Origin: Candidatus Doudnabacteria bacterium RIFCSPHIGHO2_12_FULL_48_16 | GTDB taxonomy: Bacteria > Patescibacteriota > Doudnabacteria > UBA920 > O2-02-FULL-48-8 | Reading direction: 5' to 3' | Assembly: GCA_001780035.1 (NCBI GenBank) | Contig: MFEY01000007.1 | Coordinates: forward strand, 262,343 to 326,342 | DNA: 64,000 nt | Shown: positions 48,907 to 60,571 of the stretch, piece after piece | How the letters are laid out: every line of letters starts with the position of its first letter | Numbering within the stretch: position 1 is the first letter of the stretch | Notes under the pieces: model-generated | Database searches by the model: none | Told to the model about the DNA's origin: nothing | What the model saw: only the letters and a program-made list of their open reading frames with translations | Position numbers and translations under genes: made by a program

Positions 48907-51900
48907 TTATTTTTTAGCTTTCTTCTTCTTTGGCTTATCGTCCAGCTTGAGTTCCGCCTCGTCGCGCACGTCCGTGGTGGCCAACTCCTGGATTTCGCCG
49001 GCCCCGGTCGGGGCGGCTTCATCCGTGGCCAGTTTTTCGCCGATCAGTTCGACGTTCAGGCCCAGGGATTGCAATTCCTTGACCAAGACGCGGAACGATT
49101 CCGGGACGTTGGGCTTTTTGATCGGTTCACCTTTGACAATCGATTCGTAAGTTTTGGCGCGACCGACCACGTCGTCGGATTTGATGGTCAGCATTTCCTG
49201 CAGGGTGTGCGCGGCGCCGTAGCCTTCCAAGGCCCAAACTTCCATTTCGCCAAAGCGCTGGCCGCCAAACTGAGCTTTGCCGCCCAAGGGCTGCTGGGTA
49301 ATCAGCGAGTAAGGGCCGGTGGAGCGGGCATGCATTTTATCGTCGACCAAGTGGTGCAATTTGAGCATATAAATAACGCCGACCGTGACGCGCTCGACGA
49401 ATTGGTCGCCGGATTTGCCGTCATAGAGGACGACTTTGCCGTCTTCCGGAAAACCGGCTTTTTTAAGTTCGGCGCGGATCGTTTCTTCCGGCACGCCGTC
49501 GAGCGGCGGGGTGGCGACGTTGTAGCCGAGCTTTTTGGCCGCCAGGCCCAGATGGGTTTCCAAAATTTGGCCGATGTTCATGCGGCTGGCCACACCCAAC
49601 GGGTTCAAAATAATATCCATCGGGGTGCCATCAGCCATAAACGGCATGTTTTCCACGGGAATAATCTGAGAAATGACGCCCTTGTTCCCGTGCCGGCCGG
49701 CCATTTTGTCGCCGACTTGAATTTTGCGCAGGACCGCCACGGAAACCTGGATCGATTTGATGACGCCGGACGGCAATTTGTCGCCTTGTTCGCGGGAGAA
49801 CTCGCGGATGTGCACGACTTTGCCATATTCGCCGTGCGGCAGGGTCAGAGAGGTGTCTTTGACGTCGCGGGATTTTTCGCCGAAGATGACGCGCAGCAGT
49901 TTTTCTTCCGCCGTCAGGTCGGTTTCGCCCTTGGGCGTGATCTTGCCGACCAGAATGTCGCCGGCTTTGACCTGAGCGCCGATGCGGATGACGCCGTTTT
50001 CATCCAAGTCCTTCAATTTTTCTTCACCGACGTTCGGAATGTCGCGAGTGATGATTTCCGGACCGAGCTTGGTGTCGCGGATATCCACTTTAAAATCTTC
50101 AATGTGAATTGAGGAGTAACGATCTTCTTCCACGACGCGGGAAGAAATCAAAATCGCGTCTTCGTAGTTGCCGCCCTCCCAGGAAACAAACGCCACCAGC
50201 AGGTTCTGGCCGAGGGCCAGTTCCGCGTTTTGGATGGCGGCACCGTCTGCGATCGGCTGGCCGGCTTTGATATCCTGGCCTTTTTTCACGATCGGGTGCT
50301 GGTTAATTGAAGTCGAGGTGTTGGAGCGGACAAATTTAAGCAAGGGATATTCGCGCTTCTTGCCGTTCTTTTCGGCAATGACGATTTTGTCCCCGGTGAC
50401 CGAAGTGACTACGCCGTCGTTTTCGGCAATGGCGACCTGGCCCGAATCATAGGCGGCCTTGGCTTCCACGCCCGTGCCGATGACCGGCGCATCCGGCTTG
50501 ATGCAGGAAACCGCCTGACGTTGCATGTTTGAGCCCATCAGGGCGCGGTTGGCGTCGTCGTGTTCGAGAAACGGAATTAGGGATGTGGTGACGGAAATAA
50601 TCTGCTTGGGAGAAACTTCCACGTAGTCGATTTCCGCTGTTTCGGCAATCGACGGCTCGCCGTGGACGCGAACCGAGGTTCGCTCTTCCATAAAATAGCC
50701 GTGCTCGTCCATCTGGGCCGAAGCCTGGGCGATAATCGTAAACTGTTCTTCGTAGGCGTCAAGATAAACGATTTCGTCTGTGACTTGGCGGCGGCCGGAT
50801 TTATCCTTCACAGCTTTGCGGTATGGGGTTTCGATAAAACCAAAGTCATTGATCCGGGCATAACTGGCCAAATGCGCCACCAGACCGATATTCGGGCCTT
50901 CCGGCGTGGTAATCGGGCAGAGGCGGCCGTAGTGGGAGCGGTGCACGTCGCGGACTTCAAATCCAGCGCGTTCGCGCGAGAGGCCGCCGGGGCCCATGGC
51001 AGAGAGACGGCGCTTGTGCTCGAGTTCAGCCAGCGGATTGGTCTGGTCCATAAACTGGGACAGCTGGGAGGAGGAGAAAAATTCCTGAATGACGGCGACA
51101 ATCGGGCGGACGTGAATTAGCTGAGCCGGGGTCACGGTTTCGATGTCGGCCAAGGACATGCGGTCTTTGGCAATGCGGCTCATGCGGGCCAAGCCGATGC
51201 GGAATTTGCCCTGAATCAACTCGCCGACCGATTTGACGCGGCGGTTGGAGAGATGGTCGATATCATCCCAAGCTCCTTGGGAATTGTTGAGGCGGATGAC
51301 TTCGCGGACAATGTCAGTTAAGTCACTCTTGGTTAGGACGCGGTCCGCGCGGTCCTTAATATTCAAACGCTGATTCAATTTGTAACGGCCGACCTCGGAG
51401 AGATCATAGCGGTCGGCATTAAAAAACATGGCTTCGATCAGGGAGCGGGCGTTATCGACGGTGGCCAGATCACCCGGGCGGATTCTTTTGTAAACTTCCT
51501 TAAAGCCTTCGTCCGCAGTTTTGGACGGATCTTTTTCCAAAGTGTTCTGCATGTAGCGCATGTCGGGGTTGGTGTCGACATCGGCGACGGCGGCGAGCAT
51601 CTCTTCGTCGGAGGTAAATTTAAACACGCGCATCAGGGCGCTGATCGGAATGCGGCGCTTGCGGTCGATCTTGACGCTGATGATGCCGTTGATGTCAGTT
51701 TCGAGTTCCAGCCAGGCCCCGCGGTTGGGGATGATCTTGGCCCCATACCAGTTGCGGCCGCGCACGGATTCGCCGCTAAAAAATACGCCTGGCGATTTCA
51801 CTAACTGGGAAACCACCACGCGCTCCACACCATTGATGACAAATGTGCCCCGGGGGGTCATGAGCGGAAAATCACCAAGGTAGACGTCCTGAGTCTTGGT

Positions 51901-52206
51901 CTTGCCGGTAACCTTATTGACGAGCTTAACCGAAACATAGAGCGGCGCTTCGAAGGTCGTATTCCGGTCTTTGGCCGTCTTTTCGTCGTATTTGGGCTTA
52001 TCCAGGTAATAATCCCCAAAAAACAGCTCCAGATTCTTGCCGGTGAAGTCTTTGATCGAGTTAATCTCCTGCACCAGCTCTTTGAGACCCTTTTCCCAAA
52101 ACCATTTGTAAGAACGGATCTGAGCTTCGATCAAATTGGGCATATCAAGCACATCATGTTGACCGGTAAAGAACTTCCGGTTAACTTTTATTGCTTTATG
52201 AGGCAT
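48907..52206 (-). CDS. rpoB: RNA polymerase beta subunit
   Basis: [30 protein letters not shown]; start codon uncertain. Confidence 0.98.
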   Translation of the reverse strand: MPHKAIKVNRKFFTGQHDVLDMPNLIEAQIRSYKWFWEKGLKELVQEINSIKDFTGKNLELFFGDYYLDKPKYDEKTAKDRNTTFEAPLYVSVKLVNKVTGKTKTQDVYLGDFPLMTPRGTFVINGVERVVVSQLVKSPGVFFSGESVRGRNWYGAKIIPNRGAWLELETDINGIISVKIDRKRRIPISALMRVFKFTSDEEMLAAVADVDTNPDMRYMQNTLEKDPSKTADEGFKEVYKRIRPGDLATVDNARSLIEAMFFNADRYDLSEVGRYKLNQRLNIKDRADRVLTKSDLTDIVREVIRLNNSQGAWDDIDHLSNRRVKSVGELIQGKFRIGLARMSRIAKDRMSLADIETVTPAQLIHVRPIVAVIQEFFSSSQLSQFMDQTNPLAELEHKRRLSAMGPGGLSRERAGFEVRDVHRSHYGRLCPITTPEGPNIGLVAHLASYARINDFGFIETPYRKAVKDKSGRRQVTDEIVYLDAYEEQFTIIAQASAQMDEHGYFMEERTSVRVHGEPSIAETAEIDYVEVSPKQIISVTTSLIPFLEHDDANRALMGSNMQRQAVSCIKPDAPVIGTGVEAKAAYDSGQVAIAENDGVVTSVTGDKIVIAEKNGKKREYPLLKFVRSNTSTSINQHPIVKKGQDIKAGQPIADGAAIQNAELALGQNLLVAFVSWEGGNYEDAILISSRVVEEDRYSSIHIEDFKVDIRDTKLGPEIITRDIPNVGEEKLKDLDENGVIRIGAQVKAGDILVGKITPKGETDLTAEEKLLRVIFGEKSRDVKDTSLTLPHGEYGKVVHIREFSREQGDKLPSGVIKSIQVSVAVLRKIQVGDKMAGRHGNKGVISQIIPVENMPFMADGTPMDIILNPLGVASRMNIGQILETHLGLAAKKLGYNVATPPLDGVPEETIRAELKKAGFPEDGKVVLYDGKSGDQFVERVTVGVIYMLKLHHLVDDKMHARSTGPYSLITQQPLGGKAQFGGQRFGEMEVWALEGYGAAHTLQEMLTIKSDDVVGRAKTYESIVKGEPIKKPNVPESFRVLVKELQSLGLNVELIGEKLATDEAAPTGAGEIQELATTDVRDEAELKLDDKPKKKKAKK

Positions 52207-52324
52207 GAAATTAAGGCTAAGATTAGCCATTTTTTCTTTTGGAGACATAAAATAATCCCTCTTTTTCGCATACACAAAAAAGAGCCGCGTTGGCTATACG
52301 TTTATTAAATTAGATATCACATAT

Positions 52325-52681
52325 CTATTTTACTTGACCCTCAAAACTTGTCAAGTAAGCCTTGCGCGGGGGCGTAATTTTGATCGGTTGGCTGTAACTT
52401 GGCGCGATTGTTTTTTGATCGAGATTCAGGGCGAAAGCGAGGGCATTGGCTGTGGCCACCGCAGTTCGAAGCCGGGAAAAATGCCCCTCCCCGGTCGTAG
52501 CCGTGATTTGCTTAAGTTGGCTGAGCTTAACTTTGTGGCGGCTAAGGAATTTTTTAATCTCCGGAACCAAGACTTCCGACAGATTGTGATCGGTTTTAAA
52601 ACTATGAGCAATCACTTTGCTGTTTTGGCTTAGCTGGAGCGTCACCGCCTCGGGATTTTGGGTATCAATCGATAAAATCAT
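52325..52681 (-). CDS. tsaB: short TsaB-like protein
   Basis: MILSIDT...SEVL...GEGHFSRLRTAVATANALA. Confidence 0.7.
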   Translation of the reverse strand: MILSIDTQNPEAVTLQLSQNSKVIAHSFKTDHNLSEVLVPEIKKFLSRHKVKLSQLKQITATTGEGHFSRLRTAVATANALAFALNLDQKTIAPSYSQPIKITPPRKAYLTSFEGQVK

Positions 52682-52682
52682 A

Positions 52683-53255
52683 TTAAGACGCCTCGGTCCA
52701 TTTGCTGGCGCGCTTTTGGCGATCATTGGCCCGGATCAATTTCACAACTTTGTCCACTAATTTTTTGGGGTCGCTGTCAAAAACAATCCGTTTGCGGCCA
52801 CGACGCGCCAACTTTAAGATATTCTCGATATCTCCTTCGATGCCGCCGGTGCCGGTAAGAACTCCGACCACGCGCTTGTCTTCAAAGGCCGTGGTAAATT
52901 CATTCAAAGTGCCGATCCGGCCGCAGATCGTGATCACGGCATCCGAAGCTCTGGTCATCAGCATGTTGCGGCCCGAATAATCAAAGCCGGTATAGATAAT
53001 CAAATCCATATACCGGGTGGGCAGGCGGTAAGTGTGCATGTGGGCTTGCTTGGATACGGCTGGCGAAAGCCCGATCGACACGCCCCCGGCTGATTTGGCG
53101 CCCCGGGTCGCCCACTCGGGCACGCCGATGGTCGCGCCAGTGATCAAAACGCAACCATGCAGAGCAATCTGGCGGCCCACTTCATAGGATTTTTTAAATG
53201 CCCCTTTGGTGCAATTGTTACTGGCTGACCCGGAGACAGCGATTTTATACTGCAT
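52683..53255 (-). CDS. LOG/SLOG family Rossmann-fold protein
   Basis: ITGATIGVP...GAKSAGG.SIGLSP, GRN, GRIGTLNE. Confidence 0.8.
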   Translation of the reverse strand: MQYKIAVSGSASNNCTKGAFKKSYEVGRQIALHGCVLITGATIGVPEWATRGAKSAGGVSIGLSPAVSKQAHMHTYRLPTRYMDLIIYTGFDYSGRNMLMTRASDAVITICGRIGTLNEFTTAFEDKRVVGVLTGTGGIEGDIENILKLARRGRKRIVFDSDPKKLVDKVVKLIRANDRQKRASKWTEAS

Positions 53256-53319
53256 AAAAATTATTTATTACGGATTGCGTATTACGAATTAATCCGTAAT
53301 ACGAAATTCGTTAATCTGT

Positions 53320-54255
53320 TTAATTGCTTAATAGCTTGCGCGCCAATCTAGCATTCTTGTAAATATTATACCAAATTGGCGAGTAAATTAAATCATAAGC
53401 TCCGGGGTAGCTAACCATGAAGCCGCCAAAACCTTTCTTAAACCGGCTGATCCCGGCCCAGGCGTGTTTGGGCTCATTGTCCGCCGCAATGCCGCCAAAA
53501 TCGTAAAATTTACCGCCCGAGAGTTTGGCCCGGCGAATCGCTTCCCAATGCAGCAAATAGGGGGCCATCGCCTCTTTCAGGCGCTGCGATGAACCGCCGT
53601 GCAAGTAAGTGGTCGTGCCGCCATAGACAGACAGCAGGACGCCGGCCAGGATCTGGCCGTCGTAGTCAGCGAGCATTAATTTCAGATGCTCGGGCGCGAG
53701 ATGATCCCACATCTGGAGGTAGTAATTCTGCGAGTGCAGCCGATAGCGGTTGCGGCTGGCGGTTTCGAGCATGAGTTTGTAAAATTCCAGCAGGTCCGCC
53801 TGACTGCCTTCTCGAATGACCACTCCCTTGCGGCCGGCGAGGTTGATATTGTAGCGGGTCTTGGGCTTCATCCCGATCAAAATTTCCTCTTCCGATTTAT
53901 CCAGCGCCAGCATCCAGTTGTCTTTTGGCTGGGTTTCCTTGGCCGCTGGCGGCAAGTCCATTTTTTGCAGCGGCTCGATGCGCGAAAAAATTATGTCGTG
54001 GTCGGTTTCAAACTTTTTGAGATCCACCAAAGCGCTCGCACAGTTGCCTAAGGGCCCGCGCGGGCAGTAAATATATTTTTTATTCATGACCAAATCTGTT
54101 TCGACAGCCAGACAAATAAAATCTTGGTCCGAAAGTCGGTGAGTTTTTTGCCCGGTGGCTTGTTGAAACTGACCCCAAGCCCAGGATTGCAAAATCGACC
54201 CGCCCAGGTCGATCACTTTTTTATCCCAGGATTCTTGGGTCAACGGAGAAATCAT
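53320..54255 (-). CDS. FemABX-family peptidoglycan bridge aminoacyltransferase
   Basis: LQSWAWGQF, PRGP, KTRYNI, YDFGG, FKKGFGG. Confidence 0.9.
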   Translation of the reverse strand: MISPLTQESWDKKVIDLGGSILQSWAWGQFQQATGQKTHRLSDQDFICLAVETDLVMNKKYIYCPRGPLGNCASALVDLKKFETDHDIIFSRIEPLQKMDLPPAAKETQPKDNWMLALDKSEEEILIGMKPKTRYNINLAGRKGVVIREGSQADLLEFYKLMLETASRNRYRLHSQNYYLQMWDHLAPEHLKLMLADYDGQILAGVLLSVYGGTTTYLHGGSSQRLKEAMAPYLLHWEAIRRAKLSGGKFYDFGGIAADNEPKHAWAGISRFKKGFGGFMVSYPGAYDLIYSPIWYNIYKNARLARKLLSN

Positions 54256-54257
54256 AA

Positions 54258-54824
54258 TTATTTATTCAAATTCTTCAAAGCCATCTTAATCTTATCCTGC
54301 AAATTTTTGACAGTCACCGGCACGGCTTTCAGAGCGTCGCGGGCCTGCTGCTGGTTGTAGCCGAGAGCGATCAGGGCGTCCATGGCGTCGGAGTGTTCGC
54401 GCGCCACCGGCATGGAAGTTTTCTCATCCTTTAATTTTTCCTTAAGCTCGACAATCACCCGTTCTGCGGTTTTGCGGCCGATGCCGGAAACCTTGGTAAA
54501 AACCGACGGATCTTCCGAGACAATGGCCGATTTAATCATATCCAAGGAAGCCAACGACATGATGCCGAGCGCGGATTTGGGCCCGACGCCGGAGACGGTC
54601 AGCAGCAGCTCGAAAAACTCGAGCTCCGGCAGCGACGGGAAACCATAGAGGGAAATCTGATCCTCGCGAACATAAGTCAAAATAACCAAAGCCAGTTCCT
54701 GGTTGAGCTTGGCGGCGAGCAACACCGGCGGGGTCACAAACACTTTGTAGCCCACGCCATTGGTCTCTACGATGAGATAATTGCCAGCCTTGTGGCTGAC
54801 TTGGCCTTTGATTGATCCGATCAT
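54258..54824 (-). CDS. ruvA: Holliday junction branch migration protein RuvA
   Basis: GVGY, VRED, LYGF, VSGVGPKSA, GIGRKTAERV. Confidence 0.96.
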   Translation of the reverse strand: MIGSIKGQVSHKAGNYLIVETNGVGYKVFVTPPVLLAAKLNQELALVILTYVREDQISLYGFPSLPELEFFELLLTVSGVGPKSALGIMSLASLDMIKSAIVSEDPSVFTKVSGIGRKTAERVIVELKEKLKDEKTSMPVAREHSDAMDALIALGYNQQQARDALKAVPVTVKNLQDKIKMALKNLNK

Positions 54825-54927
54825 GATCTAATTATACCTGCGGCTCTATACAGGCGCAATAACTTTCTGCTAAAATATAATTTGGCTATTTTAAAGCATT
54901 CGACAGCAGCCCAAAAGAAAAAATCTT

Positions 54928-56928
54928 ATGCCATTCAAACTCCACTCGCCATTCAAACCAGCCGGCGATCAGCCGCAAGCGATTGCCAAACTGATTCAGG
55001 GTTTGGATAAAAAATACCGCTACCAAACCCTCCTTGGCGTCACAGGGAGCGGCAAAACTTTTACCATGGCCAATGTCATCCAGAAAGTCCAGCGGCCGAC
55101 CCTGATTATTTCCCACAACAAGACTTTGGCCGCCCAATTGGCCAGCGAATTCCAGGATTTTTTCCCGGACAATGCCGTGCATTACTTTGTCTCCTACTAT
55201 GACTACTACCAGCCGGAGGCGTACATTCCCCGATCCGACACTTACATCGAAAAAGAAACCCAGATCAACGAAGAAATCGACAAACTGCGCAACGCCGCGA
55301 CCCAAAGTCTGCTGAGCCGCAAGGATGTCATCATTGTCGCCTCAGTGTCGTGCATCTACGGCTTGGGTTCGCCGGAGAATTATGAGTCCCTGGCCTTGGA
55401 GGTCAAAGTCGGCACCAAAATCAAGCGCGATAAATTTTTGCGCCGCTTAACCGACCTACAATTTATCCGCAACGACATGAATCTCTCCCGCGGTAACTAC
55501 CGCGTACGGGGTGATGTGATTGAATTTATCCCGGCTTCAGCGGACAAAATCATTCGGCTCGATTTTTTTGGCGATGAAATTGAAAAAATCTCCGAGCACG
55601 ATCCCTTAACTGGCCAGGATTTCGGCGTGCACGAGGAAATCACGATTTTCCCGGCCAAGCACTTCGTCACGCCGAAAGAAAAACTTCTGCGGGCCGTGGG
55701 CAATATCCGAGAAGAGCTGCGCGAACAAATTAACTTTTTTAAATCCCAAGGCAAGGAGCTGGAAGCGCAACGGATTGAGCAGCGAACTAACTTTGACCTC
55801 GAAATGATGATGGAAACCGGCTTTGTCGCCGGCATCGAAAACTATTCCCGACAGTTGGATTTTCGCCGCGCGGGTGATCCGCCCTCGACCCTGCTCGATT
55901 ATTTTCCCGATGACTTTTTGCTGTTTATTGACGAATCACACATTACCCTGCCCCAAATCGGCAGCATGTATAACGGCGACCAATCGCGCAAAAAAACCCT
56001 GGTCGACTACGGCTTCCGCCTGCCCAGCGCCATGGACAACCGGCCGCTGAAGTTCGAGGAATTCGAAAAGAAGATCAATCAAACGATCTTTGTTTCGGCC
56101 ACGCCGGAAAAAGAGCGGGAACTGAAAATTTCCAAACAGGTGGCCGAACAACTGATCCGGCCAACCGGGTTGCTCGATCCCGAAATCGAAATCCGCCCAA
56201 CTAAAAATCAAATCGATGACTTGATGGAAGAAATTCAGAAACGCGTGAAAAAGAAACAACGCACGCTGGTGACTACGCTGACGAAAAATATGGCTGAGGA
56301 ACTGTCCAACTACCTAGTGGAGTATGGCATCAAGGGCCACTATCTGCACTCGGACATCGACACGCTTGAGCGCCTGGAAATTCTGCGCGACCTGCGCCTC
56401 GGCATTTACGATGTCATTATTGGCATCAACCTCCTGCGGGAAGGCTTGGATTTGCCCGAAGTCTCATTGGTGGCCATTCTCGATGCGGACAAAGAAGGAT
56501 TTTTGCGCAGCGAAACCTCACTGATCCAAACCATGGGCCGCGCCGCCCGGCATTTGGAAGGCCGGGTCATCATGTATGCGGACCGAGTCACGGGATCCAT
56601 GCAGCGGGCCATGGATGAAGTCGACCGCCGCCGCCAAATTCAGGAAGACTATAACAAAAAGCATGGTATCACCCCGCAAACCATCCTCAAAGCCATCAAA
56701 GAAACCCGCCTGGCCGGCATGAAAGCTGTGGAAGAAAAAAACGCGATCACGGGCGAGATGGACCTAACCAAAATGTCCAAACAAGACATCGCTTACGCGG
56801 TGGAAGAGCTGCGCGATCAGATGGATCTGGCGGCGCGCAATCTGGATTTCGAAAAAGCGGCGTCACTGCGCGACCAAATCACCGCCATCCGGACCAAAAC
56901 CCGAATGAAGAAGCATAAGTTTAAGTAA
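54928..56928 (+). CDS. uvrB: excinuclease ABC subunit B
   Basis: [36 protein letters not shown] domain. Confidence 0.98.
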   Translation: MPFKLHSPFKPAGDQPQAIAKLIQGLDKKYRYQTLLGVTGSGKTFTMANVIQKVQRPTLIISHNKTLAAQLASEFQDFFPDNAVHYFVSYYDYYQPEAYIPRSDTYIEKETQINEEIDKLRNAATQSLLSRKDVIIVASVSCIYGLGSPENYESLALEVKVGTKIKRDKFLRRLTDLQFIRNDMNLSRGNYRVRGDVIEFIPASADKIIRLDFFGDEIEKISEHDPLTGQDFGVHEEITIFPAKHFVTPKEKLLRAVGNIREELREQINFFKSQGKELEAQRIEQRTNFDLEMMMETGFVAGIENYSRQLDFRRAGDPPSTLLDYFPDDFLLFIDESHITLPQIGSMYNGDQSRKKTLVDYGFRLPSAMDNRPLKFEEFEKKINQTIFVSATPEKERELKISKQVAEQLIRPTGLLDPEIEIRPTKNQIDDLMEEIQKRVKKKQRTLVTTLTKNMAEELSNYLVEYGIKGHYLHSDIDTLERLEILRDLRLGIYDVIIGINLLREGLDLPEVSLVAILDADKEGFLRSETSLIQTMGRAARHLEGRVIMYADRVTGSMQRAMDEVDRRRQIQEDYNKKHGITPQTILKAIKETRLAGMKAVEEKNAITGEMDLTKMSKQDIAYAVEELRDQMDLAARNLDFEKAASLRDQITAIRTKTRMKKHKFK

Positions 56929-57032
56929 ATTGAATTTTTGGATCTTGGTGTATATCTTTTTGCTCGGCCGAGCAAAATATGATACGGACTTGCGGCCAAT
57001 TTATCGCTGGCATTATAATAACTACATTCATT

Positions 57033-59837
57033 ATGAGGGACGAGAATAAAAGCAAAAACTCAATAAAAACCTTAAGAGTACTATTGGCGGCGCTGGTCTT
57101 GGGTGCGGCTTTTTTATTACCCCAAACCGGCCGGGCCATTACCCTGCCGACCACGCCATGCGATACCCAACAAGCCAATGCCGCGCACCTCACAAGCAAT
57201 GCCACCCTAGAGGATGGTAATAAAGCCTTTGTGTATGGCAGCAACAACGATTTTGTATCCCGAACGGGAAATACTATAACTTTCAATGTTGATTTTTTAT
57301 TTAACCCCGCCACCACTGCCTATATTAAAGCATTTTTCATGGGACAGAACTGCGCGGTCGGCGCGGCGCCCGCCTTCGGCGATATTTTTACCCAAAATAA
57401 TGTCGTTTCGTATGATTTTTCCACCGACTTGTTTTCAACAGGCGGGCAAAGCACGCGGGTTTTATCCAATGTCTCGACCAAATATATCTGGATTGAAATT
57501 TGGGATGGAATCAACAATAGCAATGCCGCGAGCTACTCTTATCTTGTCGATACGGATGATATCCAAAACCCAACCGGCGAACCGCCAGAACCATCGGAGC
57601 CATCAGGTCTGCGACCAGTTTTGATTATTCCTGGGATAACTGGCACAGACTTATTTAATGAATCAACTTTGATTTGGCCAGACCTATTGGGAATGTTGGG
57701 CAGTAGTAGTGATCAATTTATTTTAAATAATTTAAATCTAAATCTCGAAGGAGAATCCATCCAAACAATAACAACTGGCGATATCAATAGAATCACGGAA
57801 ATAACACCATTTTTTAGATTGGACATATTCCAATCTTTAATAAATGATATTGAAAATACTGGTTATGGTCCGGAAAATTCGTATTTCATTTTTCCTTACG
57901 ATTGGCGTTTGAATCTAGACTCCAGCATATCCTTACTAAATACTAGAATTGAAACAATAAAAACATTAACCAATTTTAATAAAATAGATATTATCGCGCA
58001 TAGTATGGGTGGGCTGCTAGCCGAAGATTATATAGATCAATATGGCCACGATAGTATTAATAAGCTAATTTTTGTAGGAACTCCGCACTTAGGATCACCC
58101 AAATCCGCGAAAACTATAATGCACGGAGATAACTTAAGCATTCCTTTTCTTAACAGGGGAACAGTAAAAGAATTATCTAAGAATATGCCGTCTATTTACG
58201 AACTCTTGCCAAATCAAAATTACTTTAGTGAAACCAACGGTTACCTAATGACCTCGTCCAATACGAACGCTCCCCGGCTTAACTATAATGAAAGCAAAAA
58301 ATTTATTCTCAGTCGCGGCGGCAACTCCAATGTCTTTGCCCAAGCTGAAAACTTTTTTGCCAAAAATCTGGAAGATACCGATTTTACCGGAGTCGATACC
58401 TACAACATCGCCGGCTGTTGGACCGGCACTCAGTCGGCTTACAGTTACCGCACTACGACTGGTTCTTTGGCCCAAATTGGTTACGGCAACGGTGACGGCA
58501 CCGTGCCACTGGCCAGCGCTGACTACATAAACATTGCCTCAAACAAAAAATACTACGTCAAAAGTATCAAACATGCGGAGTTACCCAGCGCCAATGGCGT
58601 ACGACAACTGATGCTGGACATTCTGTCCAACTCCCTCGGATCCTTGGCCGGGAACATCACTCAAAACTCCAATAATTGCAACTTGCAGGGAGTGAGCCTG
58701 CTCTGGCGCAGTCCGGTTACGGTGCATATTTATGACAGCGGCAACAACCATCTGGGACCCGGCGATAACGACTCCATAGATTTGGATATCCCCGGCGCTG
58801 ATTATGAAATCATTGATGGAGAAAAATTTGTTTTCCTGCCGACTAGCGATGGACAAACTTATACCATCCAAGGATTGGGCGAAGACAATGCCACTTTTGA
58901 CCTGTTAATTTCCACCATCGACAACGGCGTCATAACCGGCACTCAAATTTTCAATGACATACCAATCAATCCCGATGAGACGGTTGAATTTACCATCAAC
59001 AATACCAGCAATAATGACGCCATTACAGTCCAAGGTGAAACAGTCCAATCCAACGGCAGCCTAACCGCAGAGCAAAGTTCTGACTTGGTGTCGCCAGTGA
59101 CAATGGCGGAAGAATCCGGTCCAAGCTTCGGCCCCAAGCAGCTCATATTGAATGCAACTGATAATAATGCCGGAATTCTGAGTACAAATTATTCATTCAC
59201 CGGTTCCAATTATCAAACCTATGGCGGGCCGATTGCTATTTCCGCCCCAGGTATAACGTTCGTATATTACTATTCAGTTGATAATGCGGGAAATAATGAA
59301 CCGGTAAAAATGATTCAAATAGGGATCGCTACCACCGGAGGCAGTATACCAACACCAAAGTCAGAGCCGCCGGTTGCTTCGGAAAGCACTGATGAAGAAG
59401 CAAAGATAAACGAACCACTGGAAGACGGCGCGGTTTTGGGAGAAAAAATCGAGCAGCCAAAGACTAGCCAAATTCACGATAGTGTTTTGGTTTTGGATAT
59501 ATCAGACGGCCGGACGGTCTATATTATTGGCAATAACGGCAAAAAATTTGGGTTTATTTCCGAACAAGTTTTTTGGGATTTAGGGTATACTTTTGAAAAT
59601 GCGGTCAAAGCTGATGTTTCCGGCTATGAATTGGGAGGATTAATACAAACCGCCGAAGCCCCGCATCCGAATGGCAGTTTAGTATTAAACAATGGTATAA
59701 TTTGGTATATAAATAATGACCAGCGGGTGGCCTTTATCTCGATGGAATCGTTCTTATCTTACGGCTTTAAGATAGAGCAGATTGTATCAGCAAATGAATT
59801 TGATATGGCCTTAACAGAGGATAAAATTATAAATTAA
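57033..59837 (+). CDS. large secreted alpha/beta hydrolase (lipase/LCAT-like)
   Basis: signal peptide; PVLIIPGITG, PYDWR, AHSMGG, GTPHLGS, GDGTVP..SA, H; C-terminal repeats. Confidence 0.82.
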   Translation: MRDENKSKNSIKTLRVLLAALVLGAAFLLPQTGRAITLPTTPCDTQQANAAHLTSNATLEDGNKAFVYGSNNDFVSRTGNTITFNVDFLFNPATTAYIKAFFMGQNCAVGAAPAFGDIFTQNNVVSYDFSTDLFSTGGQSTRVLSNVSTKYIWIEIWDGINNSNAASYSYLVDTDDIQNPTGEPPEPSEPSGLRPVLIIPGITGTDLFNESTLIWPDLLGMLGSSSDQFILNNLNLNLEGESIQTITTGDINRITEITPFFRLDIFQSLINDIENTGYGPENSYFIFPYDWRLNLDSSISLLNTRIETIKTLTNFNKIDIIAHSMGGLLAEDYIDQYGHDSINKLIFVGTPHLGSPKSAKTIMHGDNLSIPFLNRGTVKELSKNMPSIYELLPNQNYFSETNGYLMTSSNTNAPRLNYNESKKFILSRGGNSNVFAQAENFFAKNLEDTDFTGVDTYNIAGCWTGTQSAYSYRTTTGSLAQIGYGNGDGTVPLASADYINIASNKKYYVKSIKHAELPSANGVRQLMLDILSNSLGSLAGNITQNSNNCNLQGVSLLWRSPVTVHIYDSGNNHLGPGDNDSIDLDIPGADYEIIDGEKFVFLPTSDGQTYTIQGLGEDNATFDLLISTIDNGVITGTQIFNDIPINPDETVEFTINNTSNNDAITVQGETVQSNGSLTAEQSSDLVSPVTMAEESGPSFGPKQLILNATDNNAGILSTNYSFTGSNYQTYGGPIAISAPGITFVYYYSVDNAGNNEPVKMIQIGIATTGGSIPTPKSEPPVASESTDEEAKINEPLEDGAVLGEKIEQPKTSQIHDSVLVLDISDGRTVYIIGNNGKKFGFISEQVFWDLGYTFENAVKADVSGYELGGLIQTAEAPHPNGSLVLNNGIIWYINNDQRVAFISMESFLSYGFKIEQIVSANEFDMALTEDKIIN

Positions 59838-59848
59838 ATAATCTAAAT

Positions 59849-60118
59849 ATGTCACAAAATAAAAAATTTACTGGAATCTTATTAATTACATTACTACCTC
59901 TTATAGGTGCATTTATAAATGGATCAATAAACGGTAAAAATGTAAATAATTTTAGCACACTTGCTTTCATCATCGCTATCTTGGGTTGCGGATTTATAAT
60001 TATATTAAATTTCTATCAAACTAAAGAGTCGTTCTGGTATACATTGCCTATCGCCTTAGGATTATCTCTTGGATTATTTCTATATTTCGGTTTATCTTTA
60101 ACAAATTTTGGTTTCTAG
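59849..60118 (+). CDS. small three-TM membrane protein
   Basis: 89 aa hydrophobic ORF, AT-rich, 11 bp after the lipase-like gene. Confidence 0.65.
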   Translation: MSQNKKFTGILLITLLPLIGAFINGSINGKNVNNFSTLAFIIAILGCGFIIILNFYQTKESFWYTLPIALGLSLGLFLYFGLSLTNFGF

Positions 60119-60223
60119 CCTCTTGCCAATCCGTCTACTTTCTGCTATTATCTTTTAGCTAATCAGAAGTGTCGCTTCTGGAAAGCGCTATCAGCTATCA
60201 TCTAATAACTTTCAACTTTTCTC

Positions 60224-60487
60224 ATGCCTAACACTAAATCCGCCATTAAAGCCGCGAGACAGAATCTCAAGCGCCGCGTGGCCAACCTCAAGACTCTCGA
60301 TGGCGTTCGCAAAACAGCCAAACAGGTCCGCAAGTTTGCCGCCTCCGGCGACAAAACCGAAGCCCTCAAAGCACTCTCGGCCGCGTTCGCCGCGCTCGAC
60401 AAGGCCGCCAAAAAAAACGTGATTCACCGCAACAACGCAAGCCGACACAAATCCCGACTGACGAAACTCGTGGATAAAACAAAATAA
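60224..60487 (+). CDS. rpsT: 30S ribosomal protein S20
   Basis: MPNTKSAIK...LDKAAKKNVIHRNNASRHKSRL. Confidence 0.95.
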   Translation: MPNTKSAIKAARQNLKRRVANLKTLDGVRKTAKQVRKFAASGDKTEALKALSAAFAALDKAAKKNVIHRNNASRHKSRLTKLVDKTK

Positions 60488-60571
60488 ACCTGAATACTAA
60501 ACCCCGGAAATCCCGGGGTTTTTAAATGTAACAACCACCAAGCGATAGGTGGGTAGTTGTTACAAGGCTAT

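Noticed and set aside
49069-50112. 347-aa antisense ORF in rpoB and similar shadow ORFs in uvrA, rnj, gdhA and rpoC
   Set aside because: Expected from codon bias on the opposite strand of conserved genes; no recognisable motifs.
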